From contig CDPCPM010000033.1 in NCBI GenBank assembly GCA_976551045.1, forward strand, positions 14,074,001 through 14,138,000: a DNA stretch of 64,000 nucleotides. The letters run 5' to 3'. Shown here piece by piece: positions 11,851-26,329 of the stretch. Each line of letters begins with the position of its first letter. Position 1 is the stretch's first letter. Below the pieces are notes generated by a model. The model saw only the letters and a program-made list of their open reading frames with translations. It did no database searches and was not told where the DNA came from. Origin of the DNA: Glaucostegus cemiculus (lineage: Eukaryota). The position numbers were made by a program, and so were the translations under genes.

Positions 11851-14800
11851 CTTTTGATTGTCATTCAACTTGAGGGAATTTGCTTGATGTGGTATAAATG
11901 TGTATAACATTAGGAAAATCGGAACATATGTAGATCAATTAGCTACTTTCTTATACTTTTCAACACGAATGTGACTGATCTGTGACTCAGCTCTAAATAG
12001 GGAATTAACGTTTCTAATATTGGAATAGGTTGCAAACCACCCAGCCCCACGATATGGGCAGGCTGTCTGGGAGGTGGAGGGTCATGGGGAGGGAAGGACA
12101 CTCACAAGCTTTATGGCTGTAGTTTGATGTTTTAACTCCTGAGCATCTGAACGTGACTGATCAACATACCAATCAAATTCAGTGTAAAGCTCTGACAGGC
12201 TGGCAAACAGTGATGGAGGTTCAGGTGACAGGGGGTGATAGGCATCAAAGGAAGATTCACTGGCAAGCAGGCAAATCACGGGAGACTAAGTTGAGATGCT
12301 ATTGTCTGTGGGTCTCTGCATTTTTTTTAATTCCTTGTGGATGGCGTACTTGTCACCTTGCCAGCTGCAGAGCTGGATTTACCAGGAAAACCAATCTAGC
12401 TTTACTGATTATGCAGAGGTAAAAGTGTGGTCAGTGCCCCATTAAACTTTGACCATATTCTTTCATAAGACACTTACTGAATCAGGTGGTCATGTTTTCC
12501 TTGGCTTAACTGGTGTATAAATAGAATCAGAAAGGAACTGTTCCATCCCGTTGAATAGAAAGAGTTCAAATTTCCTTAGTAAATGAATAGAGTTTCCTAT
12601 GTTCATGTATGGCAATGATTTGTTAGACCATGGATGTTACAGACAGTGTCTTAGAGTATAAAAGCCTCTGCTTTAGTGTATAAAGTATATACATAAAGCA
12701 ATAAGTTCTCTGTATCCTAATCAACATCTCTGGAGGGAGAAAGAGAGTTAATGTTTCAGTTCAATGATCTACTTTTTAATACATAATTCAGAATTTGTAT
12801 TTCAGTCTCAAATTGTACAAAGCTTACTGTATATATACTCCCATTTTCATTCAATTGAACTGATTAAGTAAAAAGTAAGAATAATTTAGTCTTCACACAA
12901 TGAATCAAAATAAAATCTTTTCCTGGTTGTTTGATTAATCAGTTTCAAGTATATCTTAAAAGTATACAGAATGCCTGGCAGAATCTGGGCCTCATAGTTA
13001 TTCTTAGGTGCACAAGAGTAATTTTGCAGTTTAAATTAAATTCTGAAAGTGATCTCATAGATCTTCTGGGTGAAGGCTACGGTATGCTAATCATGTGCTT
13101 ATTATGCGCATTACTGATTTCATAGGCTTCAAGCATAACAGAGTAAACCATGGAACTGCAGGGCTTTCTGCAATTACATTAGAATTTTATTTTACTCAGA
13201 TTCATCTTTCTTTCAGCCTCGTGCATGCCTTGACTCCTGCTGGGATATTGTATTACAGTTGGCAGACACCGTGGGTACTTTGCCCAAATGCTGGTCTTCA
13301 TCTGTGAGTCTTATAGTGCGGGCAGACTATTTAAATACAGGAAAACTATTCGACTGTAGCAGCATCAGAACTAAGCCTAGTGTAACTCTCATTAAATAAT
13401 CACCCAAATTTTCCAGCAGGAAGTGAATAAGTGATCTTTTACTTGGGCTCAGGGGTTGTGAGACTATTAATAGATGTTCCAGCTGAGGTCAGCTAATACA
13501 ACACAGACCAAGAAGTAAATGGGGGAGTCACTTTTATCCAAGTGACTTCTATCATTGGAGCTGAGATACCATCTTCTCAACCATATATCAAATAATCACA
13601 AAGTATAATCCTAAAGAATATAATAGAGAGAAAACCCCACTGGCAAACTATTACCTTGTTTCACCATTTTATATATGCTGTACTGCCAAGAAGGTGAATA
13701 TATAACCTGTGGCCCTCAGTGCCCCCCTAGAAATGCCCAGGGGAAGCAGAACTAGGGAAACTTAGCTAATTGTTCCCATTGGCTAGCAATGCTTCAGCTA
13801 GAAGATCAACAAAAAGAAATTTAAAAAAATGCAAAATCTCTCTGAAAGCTTAAGATAAAAGTTAAAATTTCAATTAATTCAGCTGACAGCGGCATTCTTA
13901 TACATCATACATTTCACTTTAATAAGATAATTTAACAAAGAAAGGCATTTATAAAAGCAAAATGTTGATAAATTTCTTTTGCTGTTGAACACTAATACTA
14001 TAAGCTGATGCTCATCTTTTTCCCTACTACAACAGCCCCTTGCCTACTAGAGATTCTGTGGGTCAATGCACACCAAAAGAAGCCTGTACCATTTATTCAG
14101 GTGAAATAATGGCTGAACCCTGGTTGTGATATGGTCGTATTTTTCCCTGAGCTGTTGAAAATATCCCCAGGCAGTGGAACACTGGCATGCCTGGCTGTTT
14201 CAGACATTCCTCCCATGTGATTGCACAGGGAGTCTGAGTCAGACTGGAGCTATTCAGGCAGCAGAAGCTAATGAGCCTTTGTAGAGTGTGCTGCTGTTGT
14301 CATTAAACAATAAAAGCATATGGTGCTAGTATTTCTCTCTGTGCCGGGGAGCATAACGGTTTCAGATCTGAGGAGGTGCCTGTGGTGCTGAATGAATGCA
14401 AGTTACACAAGGTACTGTACATCTCTTATTATGTGGTAAAGCAAATGATGTTACTAAAGACTAGTAAAAGTCACAATGCGGTTTGCTACCTGCAGCAACT
14501 GTTATGCAGTATTGAAGAGTCAAATTGAAGGAAACATTGTGCTTTGCAATTTAGATTTATCTCAGCGCAAACAATGTTATGTTAGCATCAAAATATCCTT
14601 AATTAGGTTGTAGCATTTCTGCACTATTAGTACACTAGAAAGTAGACAATTAGTTTGTACTAGGTATCATGAAAATGATACCATATATTCCACATTCTAT
14701 GCAAGTTTGGCAGTGCATAATGGATCGATAGATTCCCTCACATTTCAAATTCTGTGTGCAATTCTGCTCTTGCAGTGTTTTAGCATCCAAGCCTAGGGGA

Positions 14801-15399
14801 GAATGCTGTGAGTCATTATTTGTACTCATCATAGCATACAGTATGTATGTCTATTTATTTCATTAGCTGTGGACTGATGAGGTGGCATTTTGTCACAGCT
14901 GTCCTGCATTGTAAGAACATTGTTATTACCCTGCCTGATATTACCATTCTCCTGTTTAGAAATCAAAGGCTCACTTCAATTTACTTAACTCCATTATACA
15001 GATTCTACAAACCAGTTATTATTAAAAGACACCATGCAGTTAACTTGGAAACATTTTAAGTATAATGGAAACTGTTGAATCGCTCATTGATTTTCTAAAG
15101 ACTTGCAATTGAAATGTTTTACCATAAATAATGTAAACAAAGGAAATGACCATGAGAGGAGTACATCATAAGACATTTTAAGGATTTTACCCCCGTGTTC
15201 ATGAACTGTGCTTATATTGCCTCAGTCAGAAATACTTTCTTAAAAATAGTGTTTTACACAGATCACAACATTATGTCTAGCCTTTTGATAGCGAAGCGCC
15301 ATGTGACCACATATCTATGCTGTTTATGAGACTGCCCAGTTTCAACTCTGTAACCATTTGACACATTGCTGCATCAGCTTAACCACTGCTGAAATCCTC

Positions 15400-15600
15400 A
15401 CCTCTGCCTTCCTTAGCTCTAAAACTTCTCTATTGCTCTGTTCTCTCTCCCTTTCTTTAAGTGGCTCCTTAAAAACAGTTTCTCCTAATGCACCTTTGCA
15501 TGGTTCAGTGAATGGGTTCGTTTGATAACTACCCTGTGATGTACTTTGGGATAATAAAAGATAATTATCGCAGCTATATAAATAGAAATTGTTGTTGTTT
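15400..15600 (+). mobile_element. L2-type LINE 3' end
   Basis: ctccttaaaaac...cctgtgatgtactttggga...gctatataaatagaaattgttgttgtt tail. Confidence 0.5.
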
Positions 15601-18150
15601 GTCATGTTTTTGAGCTCAGATTTAAAGCAACGATGCTCGTAACTATTGTGTAAATTGAGGGTGAAGAAATCACATATTTGTACTTGGCATCTGAAACACT
15701 GAATGAGTTAAGATCACCAGCTACAGTTCAAGTCCTGTGATGGGAGTATTAAAAAAAATGTATTGATCAGTATTTTTTCAAACTAATAATATTTGAAGTG
15801 TAAAATGCAATTTCATGCAAACTAGCATCCTTAAGTATTTGTTGTGTATTTAAAACTTCCTTATAATTTTCTTTCTGAAATGCAGTGATCAAGATAACCA
15901 GTAATTGTCAGTCATCTTGGGAATAACTTAATGATTATAAAGCAGACCCAAAGGATTCATTCATCTTAATGATCCCATTTTAAAGCAATAGCATGATTGT
16001 AAAAACATAATAATGTGCACTCTTGTCTCTCTAGTGACACTATTTAAATTCTGTTTTTGTGAAAACCAGCCAATTGTGTCTTGTTTCATATTGGCTGAAA
16101 TGATATGCTTGGTAGAGAAGATACAACCATTAATGCCACACAACATGTAATACCTTGGGAACAGAGACCTGGAAGTGGGAAGAACTATATATTTATCGTG
16201 CTCAGACTGCCTGAGATGGCACTGTCTCTTGAGAGAAATCTTCCATTGGTCCTGAAATTGCAGGTTGTCTACCCTGGGCTACAGTGCTTCCTCCAGCATA
16301 GTCCCAGCACAGACTTCCATTGGGAACTGACTCCAAGCACATCAGCAAAGTGCAGAGTGTCACAGAGCCTCTCCCAGCATAAGTGACCAGCATCAGTGAC
16401 AAAAATGTTGACAGCAATGAGGCCCCTGTGCTGGATTTGCCTGCTGCTAGATCTGTTGCCTAAGTGATTTAAAATGTTTTTGAACATTGTTTGCATTAAA
16501 AAATCACTCAGAACTTGTCAAAAGTTAAAAATAATGTTAACATATTAAATTTCTCAAAGGTTCTCAAGTCAAAAGACTGAAAACAAAATAATGAGAAATT
16601 TTAAACCTTCTTATTCAAATTCAATAAAAGGCTTTTCTTCCCTTTCTCCCTGCAGTTGATTTCTTCAATTCACTTCAGTGGCCCTTGTGCTTGCACCAGG
16701 TTAACCAGCCAAGGGCTGAGCAGGTGAATTTCCCAGTCAGATGTTCAGGAGGGCATCTTACTTTGTCCACAATGGACCACTGCTGCAGAGTAGAAGACTG
16801 CACTGCAGCCTCCACTTGGGAAATGCTCAATCATTGGCACATCTGCCAGGAATCTGTCACAGATTTGCCTTCCTTGTCCAATACTCCCTTAGGAACACCT
16901 ACTTGAAAAGATTAATAGATTTTGGACAAGTTATAGGATTAATGGTTAACACCAATAATATCAATTAAGGAATATTATGCTATTAAAATGATTTGCTTTC
17001 AACAATTCGGGCAGCTTGTCACCTTTATGTTGTGAAAATTTTCACCCTTTAAGCTTAACTTCACTGTTTCAAACATCAAAAGAAAATGTGTAGAAAACAA
17101 TTTAATGGGAAGAACTTGTAACCTGATACTTAAAAAGTAGAAATTTGGCCCTTAGGCTGTGTAGTTAATAACATATTTTACAGATATATGGGATTCTTCA
17201 CAGTTAATTGTTCTGCTTGAATATTTCATGGAAAATGCTGCATGGTCATGTTCGGTATCTTACTTTGCACTTATAACTACAACTTGAATTATTTAAATTC
17301 AAAAGTAATGTATGTCCAATGCAAGTCAGCATTTTCTGTGGAAGCAGTACACCCTGGAGTAGCTTGGCTTCATTATAACCTAGTGGTTGTGATATATTTA
17401 AAATTTTACAATAATTGAGCATTTAAAAAAAATCAAATACTGTGCAGCATTTAACTTAATCACTATTTCTGTTTTGGATCCAAACATGGTGTTGGTCCTG
17501 ATGTGGTTTGATGAGGCCTCTGTAACATATGATGACACAGTTATTTCTTCTTTGGTGTGTTCCTTATAACAGCATAGTTGTCATGTATTTCTAGAACCCT
17601 GGCCATATGCATGGATTCCATTGACATGTCTATTAGGTATTTGTTTAGTGATGTGATTGTTGCACACATAATGATCAATCACTGGTGTTATATTATTGCA
17701 AAAATGAACAGTAATCTATATTACTGTAAGTGCAAATATACTAGTTAATCTTATTTTACTGCATCCCACACTATTCTGGACAGGAGACACACATTGTGTC
17801 TCTTGGAGTACATGGCATCTAGTCCGAAAATACAATATTTGATTCTTAAAGTATAATTAAAAACACAGCTCTGGGAACAAAAAGAACTAACATGGTGGGA
17901 ATGGTCTATTGACTAAAATTCCTTGTTATATGAATGATATGAATGCTGAATGTAACTCTTTTAATAAAAGATATCAACATTAATGTTGTTGATTCCACAA
18001 ACTGAGTGTGTGAAAGACTCCAAGAGATGCAGCAAAAAGGGTAATAGCCAACCTACCAAATAGATGAACTCAATTGTGATGAGAGAAAAGTTTTATACAT
18101 GCATAGATGCGAAAGACTTGAATTGAATAATTGAAAGAACCATGACCCAA

Positions 18151-18838
18151 GTGGTATTGGTATTGGTTTATTATTGTCACTTGTTCCGAAGTACAGTGAA
18201 AAGCTTGTCTTACAAACTGATCGTACAGGTCATTCATTACACAGTGCAATTACATAGTACAAAGTGCATTGAAATAGTACAGTAAAAACAGTAACAGTAT
18301 AGAATAAAGTGTCACAGCTACAGAGAAAGTGCAGTGCAATGAGGTGCAAGGTCGCACAATGTAGAATGTGAGGTCACAGACCATCTCATTGTATAAGGGA
18401 ACCATTCAATAGTCTTATTACAGTGGGGAAGAAGCTGTCTTTAAGGTGCGTGCCCTCAGGTACCTGTATCTTCTACCTGATGGCAGAGGAGAGAAGAGAG
18501 AATGTCCCGGATGAGTGGGGTCTTTGATTATGCTGGCTGCTACACCAAGACAACGAGAGGTAAAGACAAGAGTCCAAGAAGGGGAGGTTGGTGTTTGTGA
18601 TGCACTGGGCTGTGTCCACAACTCTCTGCAGCTTCTTGCGGTCCTGGACAAAGCAGTTGCCTTACCAAGCCGTGATACATCCAGATAGGATGCTTTCTGT
18701 GGTGCATTGGTTAAAGCTGGTGAGAGTTGAAGGGGACACAAAAGACTTGAGCTTTCTTGGCTGTGGCATCTACGTGGTTAGACCAGGACATGGTGATGTT
18801 CACACCTAGGAACTTGAAGCTCTCCACCCTCTCGACCT
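18151..18838 (-). mobile_element. Rex/Babar-type LINE 3' end
   Basis: Minus ORF SRCLGVAASIIKDPTHPGHSLFSPLPSGRRYR; (accaat)n tail on the minus strand. Confidence 0.85.
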
Positions 18839-18989
18839 GTCTGTAAGAGATGACACCGGCATTGGCTGTCCAAGATTTCCAGAAAGCCTGATGCCAGAAA
18901 TTAAGATTGGAAAATAAAGCTTAATATGGAATCTTATTTATGATACTTAAAACATCACTTGGATGATAGGTGTTCCTTCTGGCAGAGTA

Positions 18990-19325
18990 AGCCTAGCTGG
19001 GCAGCAGCTAGTAGTACTGCTGTCTCACAGCTCCAGCGATCCAGATTCAGTTCTAACCTCTGATGCTGTCTGTGTGGAGATTGTGCACTCTCCCTGTGAC
19101 TGTGTGGGTTTCCCCCAAGCCCGCTGGTTTCCTTCCACATCCCAAAGATGTGCAGGTTGGTAGGTAATTAACCACTGTAAATTGCCCATGTTGTGTAGGT
19201 GGGTGGTAGAACTTTGGGAGATTTGATGGGAATGCAAGGAGAATAACGCAAGGGAGTAGTGTAAATGGGGGCTTAGGGGGACTCAGTAGGCTGAAAGGTC
19301 TGTTTCTGTGCTGTATGACTCTGTG
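18990..19325 (+). mobile_element. HE1-like V-SINE
   Basis: tRNA-like head (ctcacagctccagcgatccagattcag), V-domain-like ctgtctgtgtggag...ggtttcc...cacatcccaaagatgtgcaggtt, and CR1-like tail ggctgaaaggtctgtttctgtgctgtatgactct. Confidence 0.8.
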
Positions 19326-19439
19326 ACTAATCAATTACATAAAATCTTTCATTAATCACAAGCCAGAACAGATGGAAGCAGAAGGCAGGCAATGAGGACA
19401 AAGGAGAGAGTAAACAATTAAATACTGGGAGTTTTGGAT

Positions 19440-19745
19440 GCAGTTGCTGAAAATGTGAAGTAAAAGACAATGCTGGAAATACCCCACAGGTCAGGCAACA
19501 CCAGTGGAGAGAGAAAAACTAAGTTATAATTTAGTGGTAACTAAGTTTTAGGTTGATGACCTTTCGGCAGAACTGGCCATTCTGATGCAAATTGAAGAGC
19601 CTGGTCGTCTTAAATAGTTGAAATCTATATTGAGTCCTGAAAGTTGTAACTAGCCTACTAAGAAGATCAATGATATTCCTCAAGCTCATGTGGGACCTTG
19701 CTGGAACTTTTTAGATATCCAGCATCTACAATTTTTGTATTTTTC
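19440..19745 (-). mobile_element. Penelope-like element 3' remnant (terminal repeat plus ORF end)
   Basis: Terminal motif as at 1665. The minus strand of 19620-19705 resembles the Penelope ORF end (..KLEE..IF..G.LQ.SGLNI.F). Confidence 0.6.
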
Positions 19746-21734
19746 AATGACTGTTAACCAATGGATATCTACAGGGCAATCCGTCCCATCTTAAAGTTCA
19801 GTATAAAATACCTTTCACAATTTGACATCAGGGACATTATTGGAAAGGCAGATAATTTGCACACCGCAATGTAAAATCAATTCAAAAACTTGCTAGAAAT
19901 AAAAAACAATTGTCCTGGAAATCTCATGACCATAATAATTTCAATAAAGTTTGTGCTTCTGAATTATAGTATGGTGGATTTATCTCATTCTCATAAACTA
20001 TGAGTTAATGGACACATTATTCACCATGTCAAAATACTTGATTGGTATCCAATACCAATCAATACCTCATGATTCCTCTTACAGCCAAAACTCAAACTGC
20101 AAAGTAATAAAATGAGATCAATTAAGCCTACCAAAAATGAATAATATCACAGCAATAAAACACTTAAATTTTACAAAAAATTATGGAGATGAAGAGGTAT
20201 TTATTCTCCATTTACATGTACAATGTTTTGGCAAATACCAGGTGCAAAGTAACTGTACAGTGCAAAGGAGCTGTTGGGTTTGTCTCCTTAGGAACCAAGG
20301 TATTTTTAATTATTGTGGGTTGCATGAATCATATTGAGTTTTAAATTGCAAATTAAGGAATATCTATGATTGCAGTGGATTAGTAGTAATCGGCATTTAG
20401 CTTCATAACCAAGAGGATAATTGATAACATTCAATAATTGACCCAGGAATGTTTCATTTTTTATTAGGTATAACCAACAGAATTATTCTTGCTTCCCCTC
20501 AAATAAAACTCTAGCCCAGTGCCACCTATTCAATCTTCAGTGGTTACAATGTCTCTCTCCACATTGCCAGCCAACATAAGATCAACTAATTTCCTATGGT
20601 CCCAGTATCAGAGCAGATTAACAAGGCTCTGGACAGTGGACAACCTGATATCTGCTGGCAAAAAAGTGGCAACTAAAACATGTAAAAAAGTTTAGGGTCA
20701 CTTTTCATTTGAGAATTAAACTTCCACCATTGCCTGAAGCCTTTCCACCCAGAGATAGTAAATAATTGTTGATTGATGACAAAAACCAGGGAACAAAAAT
20801 TGAAGATGTTGGCTGTGTCAGTAAACTGCAAGTCCCCTGTGGCCAAGTATCACAGGTAAAGTACCTCTTCTCCTCAGGCACTCCTCAAAGTCCAGGGACT
20901 ACACCTGTTGTCATAGATTTGATTTTTAGGGTTATTCAATCTCATCATTGAAGAATTAGGTAAATGTATGAAAAAGTAATAAGGGTAGTAAAATATCCAC
21001 AAAGTGGATTAAAATGCATCATTACAAGGCAAAGCCACCAGTTGTAATATGTGACAATTTAATTATTACTTTTGCACTCAAATCCTTAAGTTCTGAGACC
21101 TTGTCTCAAATACAGTTTATACTAATGGAGATTCGTTTAATGTAGCCCTTATTGTTTACAGCCTAACAATTTACTATTTCAGCAGTTCATTTAATATGTT
21201 AAATATATTTATGTTTTTTCTTAAATCAGAGTAGCTTTAAAGCAGGTGGCAGATTTCTTAATAGTTTGGTGTGGGACAGATTTGGTTAAAAATATCTCAC
21301 AGCATGTGGAATAGCATTGAGCAAGCTTGGTAAAATCTGTGAAGAAATGCAAACGATTATGTTCTGTTTATTATACCTATAATCAATTGCATGCATTAAA
21401 TTTGTTGTTATACAAGTTGGATGTTGTATCATGGTTGAAGGAGAAAATTTAAACATACATTCCCATTGTAGTGGAAGTATATCTTGAAATAGCTCAAATA
21501 ATCAAGTTATTATCCACATATTTCAACAGGTTGTTTAAGTAGCAGGTTTGGTCAATGGAAGTTAATTCTGAAATTGCTGCACATTCAGAACATTCCAAAG
21601 ATGCCACTTGTGGATTTGTGTGATTGCAAACAATAAAGGACATCTGGGAGCTTAAACTAAGCATTTAATCCACATACTTGCTTCCAATAAAGTTTGGATC
21701 AATTTTCATTTTATTTTGCAACTTAGAAGCACGT

Positions 21735-24700
21735 TAGTATCGAGGCTGGAGGAACTTCGGCTCAGAGTTGATGAGCTGGAGTCGCAGCTACAGACACTGC
21801 GCAGCATACGGGAGGGAGAGAGCTTTGTAAATTCCATTCATCAGGAGACGGTCACCCCCCTTAGAGGAGGTACTACTGGAGTCCAGGTGTCAGATAGAAT
21901 GGTAACTGTCAGGGGAGGGAAGAGGAAGAAAAAGTCAGAAAGGCGGACAGAGCAGGGAACCCTGCAGGCTGTTCCCCTCAGTAACAGGTTTTCCACCTTG
22001 GAGGCTGTTGAGGGGGGGTGACCTGCAGGGGCCTAGCTGCAGTAACCAGGTCTCTGACACTGGGACTGGTAATGATGCTCAGGAGGGAAGGGTGGAAAAG
22101 AGACATATAGTGGTGATAGGGGATTCTATAGTCAGGGAGACAGATAGGAGGTTCTGTGGCAGCGAGCATGAATCCCGGATGGTATGTTGCCTCCCGGGTG
22201 CCAGGGTCCAGGATGTCACTGCTCGGGTCCACAGGATTCTTGAGTGGGAGGGTGAGCAGCCAGAAGTTGTGGTGCATGTTGGCACCGACGACATAGGTAG
22301 GAAGGGGGATGAGGTCCTGAAGAGATACTTTATGGAGCTAGGCAGGAGACTGAGGAACAGGACCTCGAGGGTAGTGATCTCGAGATTGCTGCCGGTGCCA
22401 CGCGATAGTGAAGGCAGGAACAGGAGGAGGTGGCAGATAAATGTGTGGCTGAGAAGTTGGTGCAGGAGGGAGGGTTTTAGATTTCTGGATCATTGGGATC
22501 TCTTCTCGGGAAGGTGGGACCTGTACAGACAGGACGGGTTACACCCGAACCAGAAGGGGGCCAATATCCTTGCGGTTAGGTTTGCTAGAGTGGTTGCGGA
22601 GGGTTTAAACTAATTTGTGAGGGGGGATGGGAACCGGAGGAGTAGGGCAGAGGAAGAAAGGGATGGAGAAGAGTTGGATCGAGCAGGTAGAGAGGCTTTG
22701 GGGAAGGAGAGACAGGGTACAGGCTATAAAAGTGGTAAAGTGGATGGACTAAAGTGTGTTTACTTTAATGCGAGGAGTGTCAGGAATAAGGGAGATTAAT
22801 TGAGGGCTTGGATAAGTATGGGGGACTATGATATCGTAGCTATAACTGAGACGTGGCTGTCATCAGGACAGGAGTGGATATTGAACATTCCTGGTTTTCA
22901 GTGTTTTAAAAGGGATAGGGAAGGGGGGAGAAGAGGAGGAGGGGTGGCGATATTGGTCAGAGACGATGTTACGGCTGTGGAAAGGGTGGATTTTGCAGAA
23001 GGATCCTCTCTCGAGTCGGTGTGGGTGGAAGTGAGGAACAGGGAGAGTGCGGTTACGCTGCTGGGGGTATACTATAGGCCCCCCGGTAGCAGTAGAGATA
23101 TAGAGGAGCAGATTGGCAGGCAGTGTTTGGACAGAAGCAAAAATAACAGGGTTGTAATAATGGGGGATTTCAACTTCCCGAATATAGACTGGGACATGCT
23201 CAGTGCCAAAGGTTTAGATGGGAACGAGTTTGTTAAGTGTGTCCAGGATGGATTCCTGATGCAATATGTTGACAGGCCGACTAGAGGGAATGCGGTGTTG
23301 GATCTGGTTTTAGGAAATGAACCGGGACAGGTGAGGGATCTACTGGTGGGTGAGCATTTGGGGGACAGTGATCATTGCTCGATAAGCTTTAGAATTGTCA
23401 TGGACAGGGATAGGTGTAGAGAGGACAGGAAGATATTTAATTGGGGAAGGGCAGACGATGAGGCTATAAGGAGAGAACTTGGGAGTGTAAATTGGGAAGC
23501 CCTTTTTGAGGGGAAGTGTACTGTGGAGATGTGAATGTTGTTGAGGGATGTTTTACAGGATGTTAGGGATAAATATGTCCCAGCAAGACAGAGGAGGAAT
23601 GGTGGGGTGAAGGAACCGTGGGTGACGAGAGAGGTGGAACGTCTGGTTAGGAGGAAGAAGGCGGCTTACATAAGGTGTAAGCGGCAAGGCTCGGACGTGG
23701 CCTGTGAGGAATATAGTATAGTGAGGAAGGAACTTAAGAAGGAGAGCTAGAAGGGGACATGAAAAGATGTTGGCTAGTAGGGTTAAGGAAAATCCCAAGG
23801 CTTTTTTCTCGTATGTGAAGAGCAGAAGGATGGCTAGGGTGAAGGTAGGTCCAATTAAAGACAAAGGTGGGAGGATGTGCCTGGAGGCGGCAGAAGTAGG
23901 GGAGGTACTGAATGAATACTTCTCTTCCGTATTCACCAAGGAGAGGGGTCTGGATGACGCGACAGAGTGTGCTGGTAAGGGTAATGTTCTTGAGTATGTA
24001 GCTATCGAGAGGGAGGAGGTGTTGAAATTGTTAAATAATATCAAGACGGATAAGTCTCCGGGGCCTGACGGAATATTCCGCAGGCTGCTTCGAGAGGCAA
24101 GGGAGGAGATTGTTGATCCGCTGGTGAGGATCTTTGAGTCCTCGCTGTCCACGGGGATGGTGCCGGAGGATTGGCGGGTAGCGGATGTTGTTCCCTTGTT
24201 TAAGAAAGGTAGTAGGGATAGTCCGGGAAATTACAGACTGGTGAGTCTCACGTCTGTGGTGAGTAAGCTGTTAGAAAGGATTCTGAGGGATAGGATCTAT
24301 GAACACCTGGAGAGTCACGGACTGATTAGGGACAGTTAGCATGGCTTTGTGAAGGGAAGATCTTGCCTCACTAGCCTGATAGAATTCTTTAAGGAGGTGA
24401 CTGGGAAGCTTGATGAGGGCAGTGCAGTGGATGTAGTCTATATGGATTTTAGTAAGGCGTTCGATAAGGTTCCTCATGGCAAGCTTCTTCAGAAGGTCAG
24501 AGGTCGAGGCATCCAGGGGAGTTTGGCTGTGTGGATCACGAATTGGCTTGCCTGTAGAAAGCAGAGGGTTGTGGTGGAGGGAGTGCCCTCGGATTGGAGG
24601 GCTGTGACTAGTGGTGTCCCGCAGGGATCAGTTCTGGGACCTCTACTCTTTGTTATATTTATAGATGACATAGATGAAGGAGTGGAAGGATGGGTTGGTA

Positions 24701-25608
24701 AGTTTGCGGATGACACCAAGATCGGCGGTGTGGTAGATAGTGTGGAGGACTGTTGGAGCTTACAGAGGGATATTGATAGGATGCAGAGCTGGGCGGATAG
24801 GTGGCAGATGGAGTTTAATCCGGAGAAGTGTGAGGTGGTGCACTTTGGGAGGATGAACTCCAGTGCAGCGTATGAGGTATATGGTAAGGTACTTGGCAGT
24901 GTAGTGGAGCAGAGGGATCTGGGGGTTCATATCCACAGTTCACTCAAAGTTGCCTCACAGGTGGATAGGGCAGTTAAGAAGGCTTATGGGATGTTAGCTT
25001 TTATAAATCGTGGGATTGAGTTCAAGAGCAGAGAGGTAATGATGCTGCTTTATAAAACTCTAGTTAGGCTGCACTTAGAATATTGTGTTCAGTTCTGGTC
25101 GCTGCATTATAGGAAGGATGTGGAGGCGTTGGAGAGGGTATAGAGGCGATTTACCAGGATGATGCCTGGATTAGAGGGCATGGAATATGAGGAGAGGCTT
25201 AAGGTGCTAGGGCTCTACTCGTTGGAGAGGAGGAGGATGAGAGGGGACTTGATAGAGGTGTATAAGATATTGAGAGGAATAGATAGAGTTGACAGCCAGC
25301 GCCTCTTTCCCAGAGCGCAGATGCACAAGACGAGAGGGCATGGCTTTAAGATATTGGGTGGAAAGTTTAGGGGAGATGTCAGAGGGAAGGTTTTCACCCA
25401 GAGAGTGGTTGGCACATGGAATGCGCTGCCTGGGGTGGTGGTAGAGGCAGATACATTGGACAGGTTCAAGAGATTGTTGGATAGGCACATGGAAGAATGG
25501 AATAGTAGGATATGTGGGAGGAAAGAGCTAGATTGTGAGACGTTTGAAGTTTGGCACAACTTGGTGGGCCGAAAGGCCTCTTTTGTGCTGTATTGTTCTA
25601 TGGTTCTA
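21735..25608 (+). mobile_element. near full-length, 5'-truncated CR1 LINE (ORF1 with SGNH esterase-like domain; ORF2 APE endonuclease + RT), inactivated
   Basis: ORF1: LEELRLRVDELESQL coiled coil, VVIGDSIVR, VHVGTDD, DGLHPN. ORF2: YFNARS, IAITETWL, GVYYRPP, MGDFNFP, LGDSDH, KSPGPDG, DFSKAFDKV, GVPQGSVLGP, FADDTK. Stops at 22797, 23532, 24337 and 25141; frameshifts near 22010 and 23750. 3' tail ...tattgttctatggttcta. Confidence 0.96.
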
Positions 25609-26329
25609 ACTATCTTACTGAGGTCTGGAATGGCTGTTGGTTGAATAGCAAGTTACAATCAAAAGAATAGCTGCAGAAATATTCATTTAATTTTTTGCAC
25701 AACTTGGTACTTTTCCACTTGCAACACTCTGTATGAATAATATGTGTTCATAATATTCACTTACTGACAAGACGTGGGATCAAGTTAAATGTGAATAATT
25801 AAATGAGACCCTCAGTTTTAGGAATTGCAAATATTAATCCTCTTTCATGTAGCAACACAACATATTTTTAAACCCCCTAAAACAATGCCATTCCTAGGAG
25901 TGCATAGAGAAAAACACTAATTTTAAAGAGCTGTAATTTTCTGCACAGGGAATCAAGTGGATGTGTAGCTTTACAATCATACTACTGATCTGTATATTTA
26001 ACTGTTTTTGATCTTGCTGATTGTGGAATCTGAAACTAGAATAACAGATTAAATTCAATGCTACCTTATACTACCATACGCTTGCCTCATTTACACATCT
26101 GAAAAATAGATTGCACCAAAGCAAATCTATTATTTTGAAGACAATCTTGGCTAGGTTATTTATAGGTTGCTGCAGTATTAATTGCTTTTATTGCTGTAGA
26201 TAGCAGTTCGCACATTGCAGTTATTATCTGTGATGGGTTGTGATATTTTGTCTTGTTTAATTCAAAACGAGATATTATTCAACTTACTACGCAATTTGTT
26301 ACAGTTGCTCTAAATAATTTAAAAGCACC

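Noticed and set aside
12060-12400. Higher-GC patch, possibly a transposase remnant
   Set aside because: No convincing motif order could be established by eye.
18990-19070. tRNA-like sequence at SINE heads (also 41945 and 11790-11850)
   Set aside because: Degenerate SINE heads followed by V or Deu domains; not tRNA genes.
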